Shown here in pieces: positions 26,514 through 35,596 of a DNA stretch of 64,000 nucleotides. The notes below the pieces were generated by a model. It did no database searches and was not told the origin of the DNA. It was given only the letters and a program-made list of their open reading frames with translations. The stretch lies in assembly GCA_045863235.1 (NCBI GenBank), contig BTUM01000018.1:32001-96000 (forward strand), in the 5' to 3' direction. Position numbers and translations under genes: made by a program. Positions within the stretch are counted from its first letter, which is position 1. Each line of letters begins with the position of its first letter. This DNA is from Candidatus Xenobia bacterium (GTDB lineage Bacteria; Vulcanimicrobiota; Xenobia; Xenobiales; QWHO01).

Positions 26514-26674
26514 GGCCTGGACGCTTCCCGGATTGTCAGTTGGGCCCTGCTGAAAGGTCTATCCGGGGGGCGGGATGGCTCCCAGCTGGACCAGAAGAGG
26601 TATCCGAGGGGGGTCAGCCCCTGCCCGCGATTTCCTGGCAGGGCGCCTTCGCGCGCCGGACGAAGCCGGTGAGC

Positions 26675-27586
26675 ATGGACTTCCTGCGAGGCCTGCTCAG
26701 ACGAGGGAAGAAGCCGCAGCCCAGCCAGAGCCCCCCCCTCGCGCACGAGCCCATCCCCAGCCTGGCGCCCTTCCCCGCCACCGCTCTGGGGCCCACCGCG
26801 CCCGCCTGCCTCAAGCATCCGCCCGCTCTGGTGGGCTACCACACCAGCCCTGGCGGACTCGAGAAGCTGAGGGCCTCCGGGCTCGCTTTCCAGGAGATCC
26901 ATTCCGACCCCGATGCCAGCGTGCATCCCCGCGACAGGCCAGGACTGCAGGAGATCATCGGACCGGCCTGCGGGGGGCGCTGGGAGTTCCTGGTCGTTCC
27001 GGAGCTGGGCGAACTGGCCGTGGGGGCCGACCAGATGGGTCTTGAGATGGAGTTCTTGCGCGACGACCTGGAGGTCTACTCGCTGGCCGACCCTGAGCGC
27101 GTGTTGAGCGAGGATTACCGGGGCATGCGGGCCACCCTCGACCATCTGCTGCAATGCACCCGCTGGCGCTATTCCGACGATGTGGCCGCCCCTGCCCCCT
27201 CCGGGCTGGCGGAATTTGGGTCCTATCGCATCGGGGTGCCCTTCGGTTTCATCCGCTGGCTTCCGTCCGAGGACGTCCTCTACCTGGTGCGCAAGGGCGC
27301 CTCGCACGACGTGGTCACCGTACGCGTCACCGCTCACGGCATGGAGCCCGCCGATGACGGGCTGTTCAGCGAGTACCTGGCCGGGGTGGCCACCGGGGTG
27401 AGCCAGAACGAGCTGCTCGGGGGGGCTCGCTGCCTGGAGTTCATGGGCGCCAACGAGACCTGGTTCTACGAGCGCTGGTTCAGCAACTCGTTTGCTCAGG
27501 CCGGGGTTTCGGGGCTGGGCGGGCCAGGCGAGCGCGGCAAGCGGATCGGTCGGCTGGCGGTGGACAGCTTCGAGCAGGTGAGATGA
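26675..27586 (+). CDS. Hypothetical protein
   Basis: Long ORF with host-like codon usage; likely start MDFLRGLL. No recognised motif. Confidence 0.6.
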   Translation: MDFLRGLLRRGKKPQPSQSPPLAHEPIPSLAPFPATALGPTAPACLKHPPALVGYHTSPGGLEKLRASGLAFQEIHSDPDASVHPRDRPGLQEIIGPACGGRWEFLVVPELGELAVGADQMGLEMEFLRDDLEVYSLADPERVLSEDYRGMRATLDHLLQCTRWRYSDDVAAPAPSGLAEFGSYRIGVPFGFIRWLPSEDVLYLVRKGASHDVVTVRVTAHGMEPADDGLFSEYLAGVATGVSQNELLGGARCLEFMGANETWFYERWFSNSFAQAGVSGLGGPGERGKRIGRLAVDSFEQVR

Positions 27587-27632
27587 CCTGGAAGTCCGTC
27601 CCGATGAGAACATCAGGGGGCATGCCGTTGGT

Positions 27633-28058
27633 TCACCCCTTGCTGACCAGAACGATTCCCGCCACGATCAGTGCCCCGCCGGCCAGGACCGAAGGCGTGA
27701 CGTGCACCTGGCGGAACAAGAGCCAGGTGAAGAGCACCGTGAAGATGGGGTAGGAAAGCTCCACCAACCCCGCCAGGGTGGCGTTCTTGGCCTGGATTGA
27801 GAGCGAGATCAGGAGGTTGCCCAACCCGTAGGTAGCCAGCGCCCCCAGCGCCACCACCAAGGTGGAGCGGTCCGCCTGCAGGGCCCGCAAGTCCCCGCCG
27901 ACCTTGGGAAAGCCGACAGCCAGGGCGATCATGGCGCTGGCCAGCCCCTGGAAGATGAGCAGCGTGGCGGGCGAGACTTTCCCCTGGAAGACGCGCTCGT
28001 TGAGCGAGTAGTTGAGGCCCCACAGCATCGAGGCGGACAGGGCGTAGACCAGCCACAT
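27633..28058 (-). CDS. EamA/DMT family transporter
   Basis: About 5 TM segments; MWLVYALSASMLWG...LSYPIFTVLFTWLLF pattern. Confidence 0.85.
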   Translation of the reverse strand: MWLVYALSASMLWGLNYSLNERVFQGKVSPATLLIFQGLASAMIALAVGFPKVGGDLRALQADRSTLVVALGALATYGLGNLLISLSIQAKNATLAGLVELSYPIFTVLFTWLLFRQVHVTPSVLAGGALIVAGIVLVSKG

Positions 28059-28155
28059 GGTGTTCGCTTCTCCTTCGAGCAGAGATTCCATCAGGATCGC
28101 CTGATGCGCGGTTTCTTGCTTCGATCAGGCGATCTCTTGACCTCCGGAGCAGGGC

Positions 28156-28539
28156 TCAGACCTTTTGCGCAAGGGAGATGGTCGTGCCGTCTGGATCGAG
28201 CACGATGGCCGCCCAGAAGCCGAAATCCTCCAGATTGGTGGGCGGCTTGAGCACCTTGACTCCGCGAGCGACCAGCTCGGCAAAGGCAGCCTGCAGGTCG
28301 CTCACATAAAAACCGAACGAGCAGGTGCCAGCGGTCGGACGGGCAGGCAGCTCGGTGAGGTGCGGCACCGGCTCGGGGTCGCCCCAACCGTGCAGCACCA
28401 GGGTGGTGGGGCCGGTCGAGAACTCGCTCCACCCCGGCGACTCGAACCGCAGCGTGAGCCCCAGAACGTCGCGGTAGAAGGCAACCGAGCGCTGCATGTC
28501 GGTCACCATGACCATCATGTAGTGGGGATGCTGAAACAT
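28156..28539 (-). CDS. VOC/glyoxalase family protein
   Basis: VTDMQRSVAFYRDVLGL...FYVSDL...DPDGTTISL. Confidence 0.9.
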   Translation of the reverse strand: MFQHPHYMMVMVTDMQRSVAFYRDVLGLTLRFESPGWSEFSTGPTTLVLHGWGDPEPVPHLTELPARPTAGTCSFGFYVSDLQAAFAELVARGVKVLKPPTNLEDFGFWAAIVLDPDGTTISLAQKV

Positions 28540-28600
28540 GCTGGCGCAGTTCGGTCCTCGGAAGGCACGCCCTGCGTCGGCTGCGAAGCCTGGCAAGCTG

Positions 28601-29266
28601 ATGGCCTATCGCGCGGTTCTCTTCGACCTGGACGGCACCCTGATCGACTCCGAGCGCCACAACCTGGTGGCCTGGCGGGCGGCCTGCGCCCACCACGGAT
28701 TCGCTCTCAGCGACGCGTTCTACCACAGCCTGATCGGACTGAGCAAGGTGAAGGCCGACGAGCGCCTGCAAGAAGAGTTCGGGCCGGGGTGCGATGTGGT
28801 CGCCCTGCGCGAGACCCGTCGGGAGATTTTCTACCACGCCTGGGACAATGGCTCCCCCGTGCCCTGGAAACCCGGCCTGGATAGCCTGCTGCCCTGGCTC
28901 GAGCAGCGAGGCGTGGGTCGGGCCGTGGCCACCTCCAGCTCCCAGCCCGAAGCCTTCGCCAAGCTCACCCGGGCGCGTCTGGTGGAGCATTTCTCGGTGG
29001 TCGTGTGCGGCGACGAGGTCCCCGCCGGAAAGCCCGCGCCGGACATCTTCCTGGAGGCCGCCCGCCGACTCGACGTCGACCCTTCGCGCTGCCTCGTGGT
29101 GGAAGATTCGCCGTGGGGTGTGCTGGCCGCCCGCAGGGCGGGGATGGAGGTCGTCTACATTCCCGACCTGCTCGGCCCCGAGGGAGTCGAGGCGCGCGTG
29201 CTCGCGAGCCTGGCTGAGCTGCCGGTGCTCTTCGGGGGTCAACCTGATCAGAGGAGAAGCCCATGA
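28601..29266 (+). CDS. HAD family phosphatase
   Basis: FDLDGTLIDSE, ATSS, GKPAPDIF and VVEDS motifs. Confidence 0.92.
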   Translation: MAYRAVLFDLDGTLIDSERHNLVAWRAACAHHGFALSDAFYHSLIGLSKVKADERLQEEFGPGCDVVALRETRREIFYHAWDNGSPVPWKPGLDSLLPWLEQRGVGRAVATSSSQPEAFAKLTRARLVEHFSVVVCGDEVPAGKPAPDIFLEAARRLDVDPSRCLVVEDSPWGVLAARRAGMEVVYIPDLLGPEGVEARVLASLAELPVLFGGQPDQRRSP

Positions 29267-30081
29267 ACCAGCTCGAGTATTGGAACGGTCGCGCCGGGGA
29301 AACGTGGACCGCGCAGCGCGACAACCTGGACCGGATGCTGTCGAGTTGCACGGCCGCGCTGAGGGAGCGGGCTGGCCCGGTAGCGGGCTTGCGCCTTCTC
29401 GACATCGGTTGCGGCACGGGGGAGACCTGCGCTGTCTGGCTGGCCGAGGGAGCCGAGGTGACGGGGGTGGACATCTCGCGGGCGATGCTGGCCGTGGCCC
29501 GCAGCCGCACCGAGGGCAAGGCCCTGCTCCTGGAGGCGGACGCGTCCCGATGGCGGGATGAAAGGCCTTTCGACCTGGCTGTCTCCCGGTTTGGAGTGAT
29601 GTTCTTCGACGATCCCGAGGGCGGCTTTGCCAACATCGCGGCCAACCTGCGTCCGGGAGGACGGATGGTGTTCTGCTGCTGGCGGGCGCCCGAGGAGAAT
29701 CCCTGGGCCACGGTGCCGATTGAAGCCGTGCGCGACCTCGTGCCAGAGGCTCCACCCGCGGCGCCCTTCGCGCCCGGCCCCTTCGCCCTGGCCGACCGAG
29801 AGCGGCTGGCCGGAATCCTGGCTCGAGCGGGGTTTGTGGAGGTGACGCTGGAGCCGCTGGACTTCCCGGCCTGCCTGGCGAGTGAAGGGGGCGTGCGAGC
29901 GGCGGTGGATTTTGTCATGCAGGTTGGCCCGGCCGGTGCCGCCCTGGCCGAGGTCGGCCCCGAGACCCGTGCCCGGGCCGCGGAGCGGCTCGAGTCCGCC
30001 CTGGCTCCCCACGAGCAAGACGGCCAGGTGAGGCTGAGAGGCGCCGCCTGGATGGTAACGGGTGTGCGCCCGACCAGATGA
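29263..30081 (+). CDS. Class I SAM-dependent methyltransferase
   Basis: LLDIGCGTG, GVDIS, SRFGVMFFDDP and PGPFALAD motifs. Confidence 0.9.
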   Translation: MNQLEYWNGRAGETWTAQRDNLDRMLSSCTAALRERAGPVAGLRLLDIGCGTGETCAVWLAEGAEVTGVDISRAMLAVARSRTEGKALLLEADASRWRDERPFDLAVSRFGVMFFDDPEGGFANIAANLRPGGRMVFCCWRAPEENPWATVPIEAVRDLVPEAPPAAPFAPGPFALADRERLAGILARAGFVEVTLEPLDFPACLASEGGVRAAVDFVMQVGPAGAALAEVGPETRARAAERLESALAPHEQDGQVRLRGAAWMVTGVRPTR

Positions 30082-31142
30082 TGCGCGAAACCTTTCTGAA
30101 CGCCGCTCACGAGATGTTCGACGGCTATTGCGACCTCTACGCGGCCCTGAGCCGGGCCGGCGCGGAGTCGCCCGACGTGCTGGCGCTGGCCGAGCACGCC
30201 CGCCCCGGGCAGTCGCAACCCCTCCTGCTGCTGGACGTCGTCCACTACCTCCTGCGTGAGCGGCCGGAGCACGCGCTGGCCGACTACTACCGCAGCCTCA
30301 GGCCCGAGCCTCTGCCTGCCGCGGAGGCGATCGGACCCTACCTCAGCTTCTGTCGGGAGCACCGGGCGCAGATTGAGCAGTTGTTGCCGCAGCGCCAGGT
30401 GCAAACCAACGAGGTGCGCCGCGCGGCCACGCTGCTGCCGGTGCTGGGCCTGGCCTGGAAGCGCGTGGCCGAGCAGCCCCTGGCGCTGGTTGCGCTGGGC
30501 GCCAGCGGGGGTTTGCTGCTGATGCTGGACCGCTACCGTTACGACTACGGTCCGGCCGGACAGGTGGGGGACCCGGCCGCGCGCCTGGTGCTGACCTGCC
30601 AGGCACGCGGTCCGGTGCCGATTCCGCAGCGCATCCCGGTCCTGGCCAGCCGGGCCGGCATCGACCTCAATCCCATCGACGTGCGGGAGGATTCCCAGCG
30701 TCGCTGGCTTGAGGCCCAGATCTGGCCGACCGAAGCCTTCGACGACCGGGTCAGGCGGCTCGACCTGGCCGCGGAGGTGACGGCCCAGGATCCGCCCCGC
30801 CTCATTCGGGGCGATCTGCTGGCCGAGCTGGCACCGCTGGTGGCCTCCGTGCCCGCCGAGCAGGCAGTGTGCCTGATGCACAGCTACACGACCTACGAGA
30901 TGCCTCCGGAAGGCCGCGCCCGGCTGTCGGCCCTGGTGCGCCAGCTCGGCGAGACCCGGCCGGTGCTGTGCGCCGGGCTCGAGTGGGACAGCCACCGGGT
31001 AACCTGGCTCAACCTGCAGCACTTCGCGCCCGGGCAGGAGCCCTGGGAGCGCCAGTTGGGGCACGCGCAGGTCCACGGCGAGTGGGTCGAGTGGCTCGCG
31101 GATGGGAAAAACTCACAGACCGAGCTCGCGCCGGTCGAGTAG
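30078..31142 (+). CDS. DUF2332 family protein
   Basis: VQTNEVRR, LGASGGL..DRYRYDY, GIDLNPID and HGEWVEW motifs. Confidence 0.8.
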   Translation: MMRETFLNAAHEMFDGYCDLYAALSRAGAESPDVLALAEHARPGQSQPLLLLDVVHYLLRERPEHALADYYRSLRPEPLPAAEAIGPYLSFCREHRAQIEQLLPQRQVQTNEVRRAATLLPVLGLAWKRVAEQPLALVALGASGGLLLMLDRYRYDYGPAGQVGDPAARLVLTCQARGPVPIPQRIPVLASRAGIDLNPIDVREDSQRRWLEAQIWPTEAFDDRVRRLDLAAEVTAQDPPRLIRGDLLAELAPLVASVPAEQAVCLMHSYTTYEMPPEGRARLSALVRQLGETRPVLCAGLEWDSHRVTWLNLQHFAPGQEPWERQLGHAQVHGEWVEWLADGKNSQTELAPVE

Positions 31143-31172
31143 AATGGGGTCACGGTTCCCCGAACCCGCACG

Positions 31173-31313
31173 AAACGCAAGAATCGTCGCTCTTACCCGG
31201 GGAACCTACATGGGGCTACTTGAATGGCGCCCCGACTGGGTTTGCAGAGCGTGCTGGGTGGGTTTGCTCACCTCTTGCTCACCAAATCCGAAATTGCTTC
31301 GTTGAGCCATTTC
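31173..31313 (+). repeat. ~140-bp repeated element, copy 1 (att-like)
   Basis: 31173-31245 matches 33878-33950 at 69/73 positions. Then TGCTCACC twice (31265, 31276) and TTGAGCCAT (31302). Confidence 0.85.
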
Positions 31314-31366
31314 AAGAGTCACCAGCCGTCGTCCCTTTCGTGGCCCCCCGGTTCCCGGCTGCTCCG

Positions 31367-32674
31367 TCAGCTTCTTAGGAGCCAGCGCCAGACAGGAATT
31401 GTCTCCGCGCGTTCGACTCTGGCCAGCCGAGCATCTTCATTGGTCAATGTGAGCAGCAGGCCACACGCCTCGGGGAAATCTCTCAGGGCCTCCTCGAGAG
31501 CGCCAGCCTCCCGCTCGCGGGTGCCCTCCTCTGACATTCCCGCGCAGACCTGAATGAGCAACTCTGTGCCGTCATGAAGCCGAGCCTGAAAGTCCACCTC
31601 CTGGCCGCTCGCCGTGGTGCAGTAACCCCACTCTGAGCTCCGACGGGCCAACTCCAGGGCGACGGCCGTTTCCAGCCGAGAGCCGACGTTTCTCTTACCA
31701 CTCCGATCGAAAGCGCGGACCATTCCCGGATCGAGCGGGTAGATTTTGCGAGGGTTTGACTGGCGTCGGCGCTCGCTCGTGGTAGCCAGCGAGGCGGTCA
31801 CGAACAGGAATGCATCCTCCAGGTACGCCATCAACTCGTGCAGTGTCTGCTTGGAAACCGGCAGGCCCTGGCTGCGGAGGTCGTTGTAGAAGCGGTGTAC
31901 GCTGAATCGGCCGCCAGCGGCTCCAAGCAGTTGGCGAACGAGGCGCCGCAAAGCCTCGACGTTGGTGATCGAGTGACGCTCCACCACATCCCGCAAAATG
32001 ACAGAGTCCACATACCCCTGCAAGAGGCCGATCCGATCTCGCTCTTCCAGGCCCTGAGCCTCGGGAAATCCGCCTACCTCGAGATATTGCGCGAATGCAC
32101 CCTCCAAAAGCGAGACCTGTCTCTTGGGAACGAAATCGGGATCAGCGGGCACCGCCTGCCCGTGATGGATCAGGAACTCTCGGAAGCTATACGGGAATAT
32201 CACTGTTTCGGTGGACCGCCCCCTCAAAGAAGTAGCCACCTCCCGCGACAGGAGCCGGGCTGAGGAGCCGCTGACGAAAACCTCGACATTCTCCGTGTCG
32301 AGAATGCGACGAACAAAAGCTTCCCATCCAGGAACGACTTGAATCTCATCCAGGAGCAGCGTGACCGGTTCCGCATCTCGGTAGTCGGGAAACCTGCGGT
32401 AATAGTCCTCCAGGATCCAGGCCAGTTGTCCTGACCGAATGCCTGCCAGGCGATCGTCCTCCAGGTTGAAGTACACCAGACTCTCACGCGGCCGGCCGCG
32501 TGAGAGCCGCTCTTGCATGCACTGATAGAGGAACCAGGTCTTGCCCGCTCGCCTCATCCCGATTACAGCGTGGGCTTTGCCCGGGATGGCCGGTACCCGC
32601 GCCTCTCGCGGTGTAAGCGGGGGTAGCTTGAATGAAACAGCATCAGCCAGCTTCTGTTGGACGATCTCTTGCAT
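31367..32674 (-). CDS. AAA_14/DUF4143 ATP-binding protein
   Basis: Walker A GMRRAGKT and Walker B LLDEIQ. VSGSS, YLEVGGFPE, RKIYPLDPG and EVDF motifs. Confidence 0.9.
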   Translation of the reverse strand: MQEIVQQKLADAVSFKLPPLTPREARVPAIPGKAHAVIGMRRAGKTWFLYQCMQERLSRGRPRESLVYFNLEDDRLAGIRSGQLAWILEDYYRRFPDYRDAEPVTLLLDEIQVVPGWEAFVRRILDTENVEVFVSGSSARLLSREVATSLRGRSTETVIFPYSFREFLIHHGQAVPADPDFVPKRQVSLLEGAFAQYLEVGGFPEAQGLEERDRIGLLQGYVDSVILRDVVERHSITNVEALRRLVRQLLGAAGGRFSVHRFYNDLRSQGLPVSKQTLHELMAYLEDAFLFVTASLATTSERRRQSNPRKIYPLDPGMVRAFDRSGKRNVGSRLETAVALELARRSSEWGYCTTASGQEVDFQARLHDGTELLIQVCAGMSEEGTREREAGALEEALRDFPEACGLLLTLTNEDARLARVERAETIPVWRWLLRS

Positions 32675-32735
32675 CGGTACTCTCAGGGGGTTCTCTTAAA
32701 GTCAAATCTGTCCTTCTCAAAAGTACTGATTGCCT

Positions 32736-32871
32736 TCGTCGCCCTCACGCGGAGAACTTACACGCGAGCAAGAGAATGAAGTCCCGTCTGGATTTCCCGC
32801 ACCCCGCAGTTAGCTGGTCGGGTTTGAGCACGTCTTGATCACCGAATCCGGAATGCTGTCATTTGAGCCAT
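32736..32871 (+). repeat. ~140-bp repeated element, copy 2 (degenerate)
   Basis: TCGTCGCcCTcACgCGGaGAACTTACA...GtCCCGtCTGGaTTT aligns without gaps to copy 3. TGAGCACG/TGATCACC at 32825 and 32836; TTGAGCCAT at 32863. Confidence 0.7.
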
Positions 32872-32985
32872 CATGGCGCGTCGCGCTGGGGAGAAGCTGG
32901 CTTCTCACATCCGAAAGAGGTCGTCCGGCGTGAGCAAGAGCAGTCCCGGCTGGTCTATCAACTCAGGACTCCAAGACACGGTCAG

Positions 32986-33369
32986 TCAGCACTCAACGAC
33001 CCGTATTTCTTTTCCGGCCGTCGCCGCCAAGTGGCTGATATCGAGCGGATCGCTGGTAAGGACGATGTCTCCCGTGTCCGATACCAGGACGATTGTGGCG
33101 TCCATCGGGTCGCTCGTGCCTGCGAGACCGATCAGGATGCCGGCCTCCCGCCCAAGTTGCTCATCGACCGGTCGCACGTCGACTGCGGCAAGAATCCGAG
33201 AGAGTCGCGCCTGTCGCCCACGCCGGTCGCGCCAGACTTGCGCCAGTATGATTCCTGTGGTCCGAAGGTCCAAACCGTGTTGCTGGGCCGCTTTCAACCG
33301 CGCATGGACATCGCGGTCGTCTCGCTCCACAGCGACCAACGCACCAGCGTCGAGCACCAGCGCTCTCAA
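32986..33369 (-). CDS. PIN-domain (VapC-like) toxin
   Basis: LVLDAGAL, DPMDA and VLTSDPLD acidic PIN residues. Overlaps the upstream antitoxin gene. Confidence 0.8.
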   Translation of the reverse strand: MRALVLDAGALVAVERDDRDVHARLKAAQQHGLDLRTTGIILAQVWRDRRGRQARLSRILAAVDVRPVDEQLGREAGILIGLAGTSDPMDATIVLVSDTGDIVLTSDPLDISHLAATAGKEIRVVEC

Positions 33370-33599
33370 ACGTCAACAAGTCCTAGCTCTTTTTGAGCAC
33401 GACTCAGTTCCTCGGCGGTAATCCGGCCGTGCCGGCGTTCCCAGGATGCTAGATAATCTCGCAAGGCTTCGGAGCGGAGTTTTGCCCGTGCAGCCTGAGC
33501 CAGCCAGGTCGAAACTCCGATACCCGCTTTCTTGGCCGCGCTTCGGACCTCGTCGCCCAGGTCAGCTTCCAGTGAGATGCTCATCTTATCAACCTTCAT
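33366..33599 (-). CDS. Putative ribbon-helix-helix antitoxin
   Basis: KMSISLEADLGDEVRSAA...STWLAQAA...HGRITAEEL; directly upstream of the PIN gene. Confidence 0.75.
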   Translation of the reverse strand: MKVDKMSISLEADLGDEVRSAAKKAGIGVSTWLAQAARAKLRSEALRDYLASWERRHGRITAEELSRAQKELGLVDV

Positions 33600-33877
33600 G
33601 ACTCTATCATACCACGGTGTGTCCATACTTCGGTATGACCAGATTTAGACCGTCGTTGTTGCGCAGAGAACCTACGCGAGGACCTCAGGACTCAGCTCAG
33701 GCCTTGGTCACGGGGCGCTCAGTGAGGATCTCTGATCACCTGACTCCGGGCCGAAGCTGGCACCAGGACCTCGATTAGGAGCAGAACGGCTTCCGCTGAG
33801 GGAATTCCTGCATGTTCACCGTTTTGGCGCACCGAGAGTGGAGAAACCCCACCAGATTAGGGTTACTTATACTGACC

Positions 33878-34019
33878 AAACGCAAGAATCGTCGCTCTTA
33901 CCCGGGGAACTTACATGGGGCCTCTTCAATGGCGCCCCGACTGGGTTTGCGGGGCGGGTGGCGGGCGAAATGATCACCGTTTGATCACCGTTTACGGATC
34001 GGCACGGTTGAGCCATTTC
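33878..34019 (+). repeat. ~140-bp repeated element, copy 3 (att-like)
   Basis: 73-bp core as in copy 1. TGATCACC at 33971 and 33982; TTGAGCCAT at 34008. Confidence 0.85.
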
Positions 34020-34088
34020 TGCGCTAGCAACTGCCAGTGCCCCGAGTATCTTGCCCCCGTCCGGCGAAGTGGATAGAATGGGAAGACC

Positions 34089-34301
34089 ATGGAACTGACG
34101 ATCGAGATCGAACGGGAAACAGACGGACGCTGGCTGGCAGAGGTCTTGGAGCTTGCCGGCGTCATGGCTTACGGCGCCGACCGGGCCGAAGCTGTGGCCC
34201 GGGTTCAGGCCCTGGCACTGCAAGTGTTGGCGGACAAGCTGGAGCACGGCGAGCTTGCCCCGGTCCCGTCCGTCACGTTCTCGCAGCTCGAAGCGGCTTG
34301 A
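34089..34301 (+). CDS. hicB: HicB-family antitoxin
   Basis: LTIEIERETDGRWLAEVLELAGVMAYGADRAEAV is a typical short HicB. Confidence 0.85.
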   Translation: MELTIEIERETDGRWLAEVLELAGVMAYGADRAEAVARVQALALQVLADKLEHGELAPVPSVTFSQLEAA

Positions 34302-35524
34302 GCTGGTCGGCGACCAGAGCTCGGGTCGTCCTTCAGGCTCAGTCCAGTCTCGGTTTCGACAGGTCCGGGGAGTTCCCGCCGGAACATGTTGGGGTGCGAA
34401 GGATTGGGGGACGCGAAGTGCTCACGCTCTGGGGGGAACCTGTCAGCCGTGTCTACTGGGTTCTAGGAACGTGCATTTCTGGATGGGCAGCCTGGAGTCT
34501 GTTGCAGAAGGGACCGAGCCTCCTTGGGTTCCTGTGCCTCGTGGGAACCGCGGGATTTGTTGCGGCCGGAGCCATCGGAGTGTCGTTCCTAGCGTATGAT
34601 CCGAAGGCAAAGGAACTCTTGCGGGGGCGCAGGAATTGGCTGGGCTCCCGTCTGCAGCTGGAATCTGCGAGGATTCTAGGCGTTGCGGTCGTAGCACGTT
34701 ATGCGTTCGAAGGCGGCAACCGTGTTCAAAATTGGGGGGCCTGCCTGCTTACAGACGGCCAGGCCGTCTGGCTCGGACCCCTGCAGTCGGACCAGAACAG
34801 GGCGGAGTCGGAGGCCGACCGGGTAGCCTCGGAGTTGGGCCTTGGAAGAGTTGACCCGAGCATGATCGATCAATGTTCGGGAGGCACCCTCTTGCTGGAG
34901 TTCCCATCCCGTCTCCAGTCTCTTCTATCCTTCAGCGCGGCTTTTACAAGCGGCTTTGCAATTGTAGCGGCAAGCGTGTACTTCATGGTTTCCCCGCCCA
35001 TCCCCGTGGTGGGCCAGATCACTCTTGTCCTGACAACCCTCGGTTTCATTCTGGTGGCTATCCGCGTTCCTTTGCGAGAATCGGTGGTCGTGGATCCCCC
35101 GACCGGGAGGATTCTCCACGTGCGGCAATGGGCACGGGCCCGGTGGGAGACGTGCCTTTGCCGCTTTAATGATGTTCACGAGGTCGCCGTGGGCTGCGAG
35201 TTAGACGCGATGCGCTCGGAGCGAACCCTGTTGTACTACGCCCTGGTGGTCACAAAGACGGGGAAATTGTTGCCCCTGGGTTGGCACGGTCCCGATCCGG
35301 CCGACGCCGAGCGACTGGCGGGCGCTCTCGCGGTCACTGTCGGTGCACCACTTCGTCCGGTTGAACTCGAGCGAACGGTGCAATGGCTCTACGATGCCAC
35401 CGTCACCAGACCGCCGGGTAACAGCATGACGAGCACCATGCTACAGTTGATGATTCTTGGTATCTTTGCGTTGCCCATCCTGGCGTTTCTTGTTTACGAG
35501 TGGCTGAGCCTCCGGCAGCCTTAG
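34298..35524 (+). CDS. Multi-pass membrane hypothetical protein; first ~20 codons resemble a HicA N-terminus remnant
   Basis: TTG at 34298 overlaps the hicB stop and reads MSWSATRARVVLQA. About 5 TM segments follow in two similar halves. The true start may be downstream. Confidence 0.55.
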   Translation: MSWSATRARVVLQAQSSLGFDRSGEFPPEHVGVRRIGGREVLTLWGEPVSRVYWVLGTCISGWAAWSLLQKGPSLLGFLCLVGTAGFVAAGAIGVSFLAYDPKAKELLRGRRNWLGSRLQLESARILGVAVVARYAFEGGNRVQNWGACLLTDGQAVWLGPLQSDQNRAESEADRVASELGLGRVDPSMIDQCSGGTLLLEFPSRLQSLLSFSAAFTSGFAIVAASVYFMVSPPIPVVGQITLVLTTLGFILVAIRVPLRESVVVDPPTGRILHVRQWARARWETCLCRFNDVHEVAVGCELDAMRSERTLLYYALVVTKTGKLLPLGWHGPDPADAERLAGALAVTVGAPLRPVELERTVQWLYDATVTRPPGNSMTSTMLQLMILGIFALPILAFLVYEWLSLRQP

Positions 35525-35596
35525 CCGGCCAATGAGAGCACGACGCACAGCGCGATACCAGAATGCACGGTAGTCGTAACACGAGAAAGTGGAGTC

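Noticed and set aside
32863..33421. Plus-strand ORFs 32863..33396 and 32873..33421
   Set aside because: They are antisense to the PIN toxin-antitoxin pair, which has clear motifs.
31173..34019. CRISPR array, intact tRNA or classical integron attC array
   Set aside because: The repeats are ~140 bp with kb-scale gene-containing spacers. There are no cas or intI genes, no full cloverleaf and no evident RYYYAAC/GTTRRRY ends.
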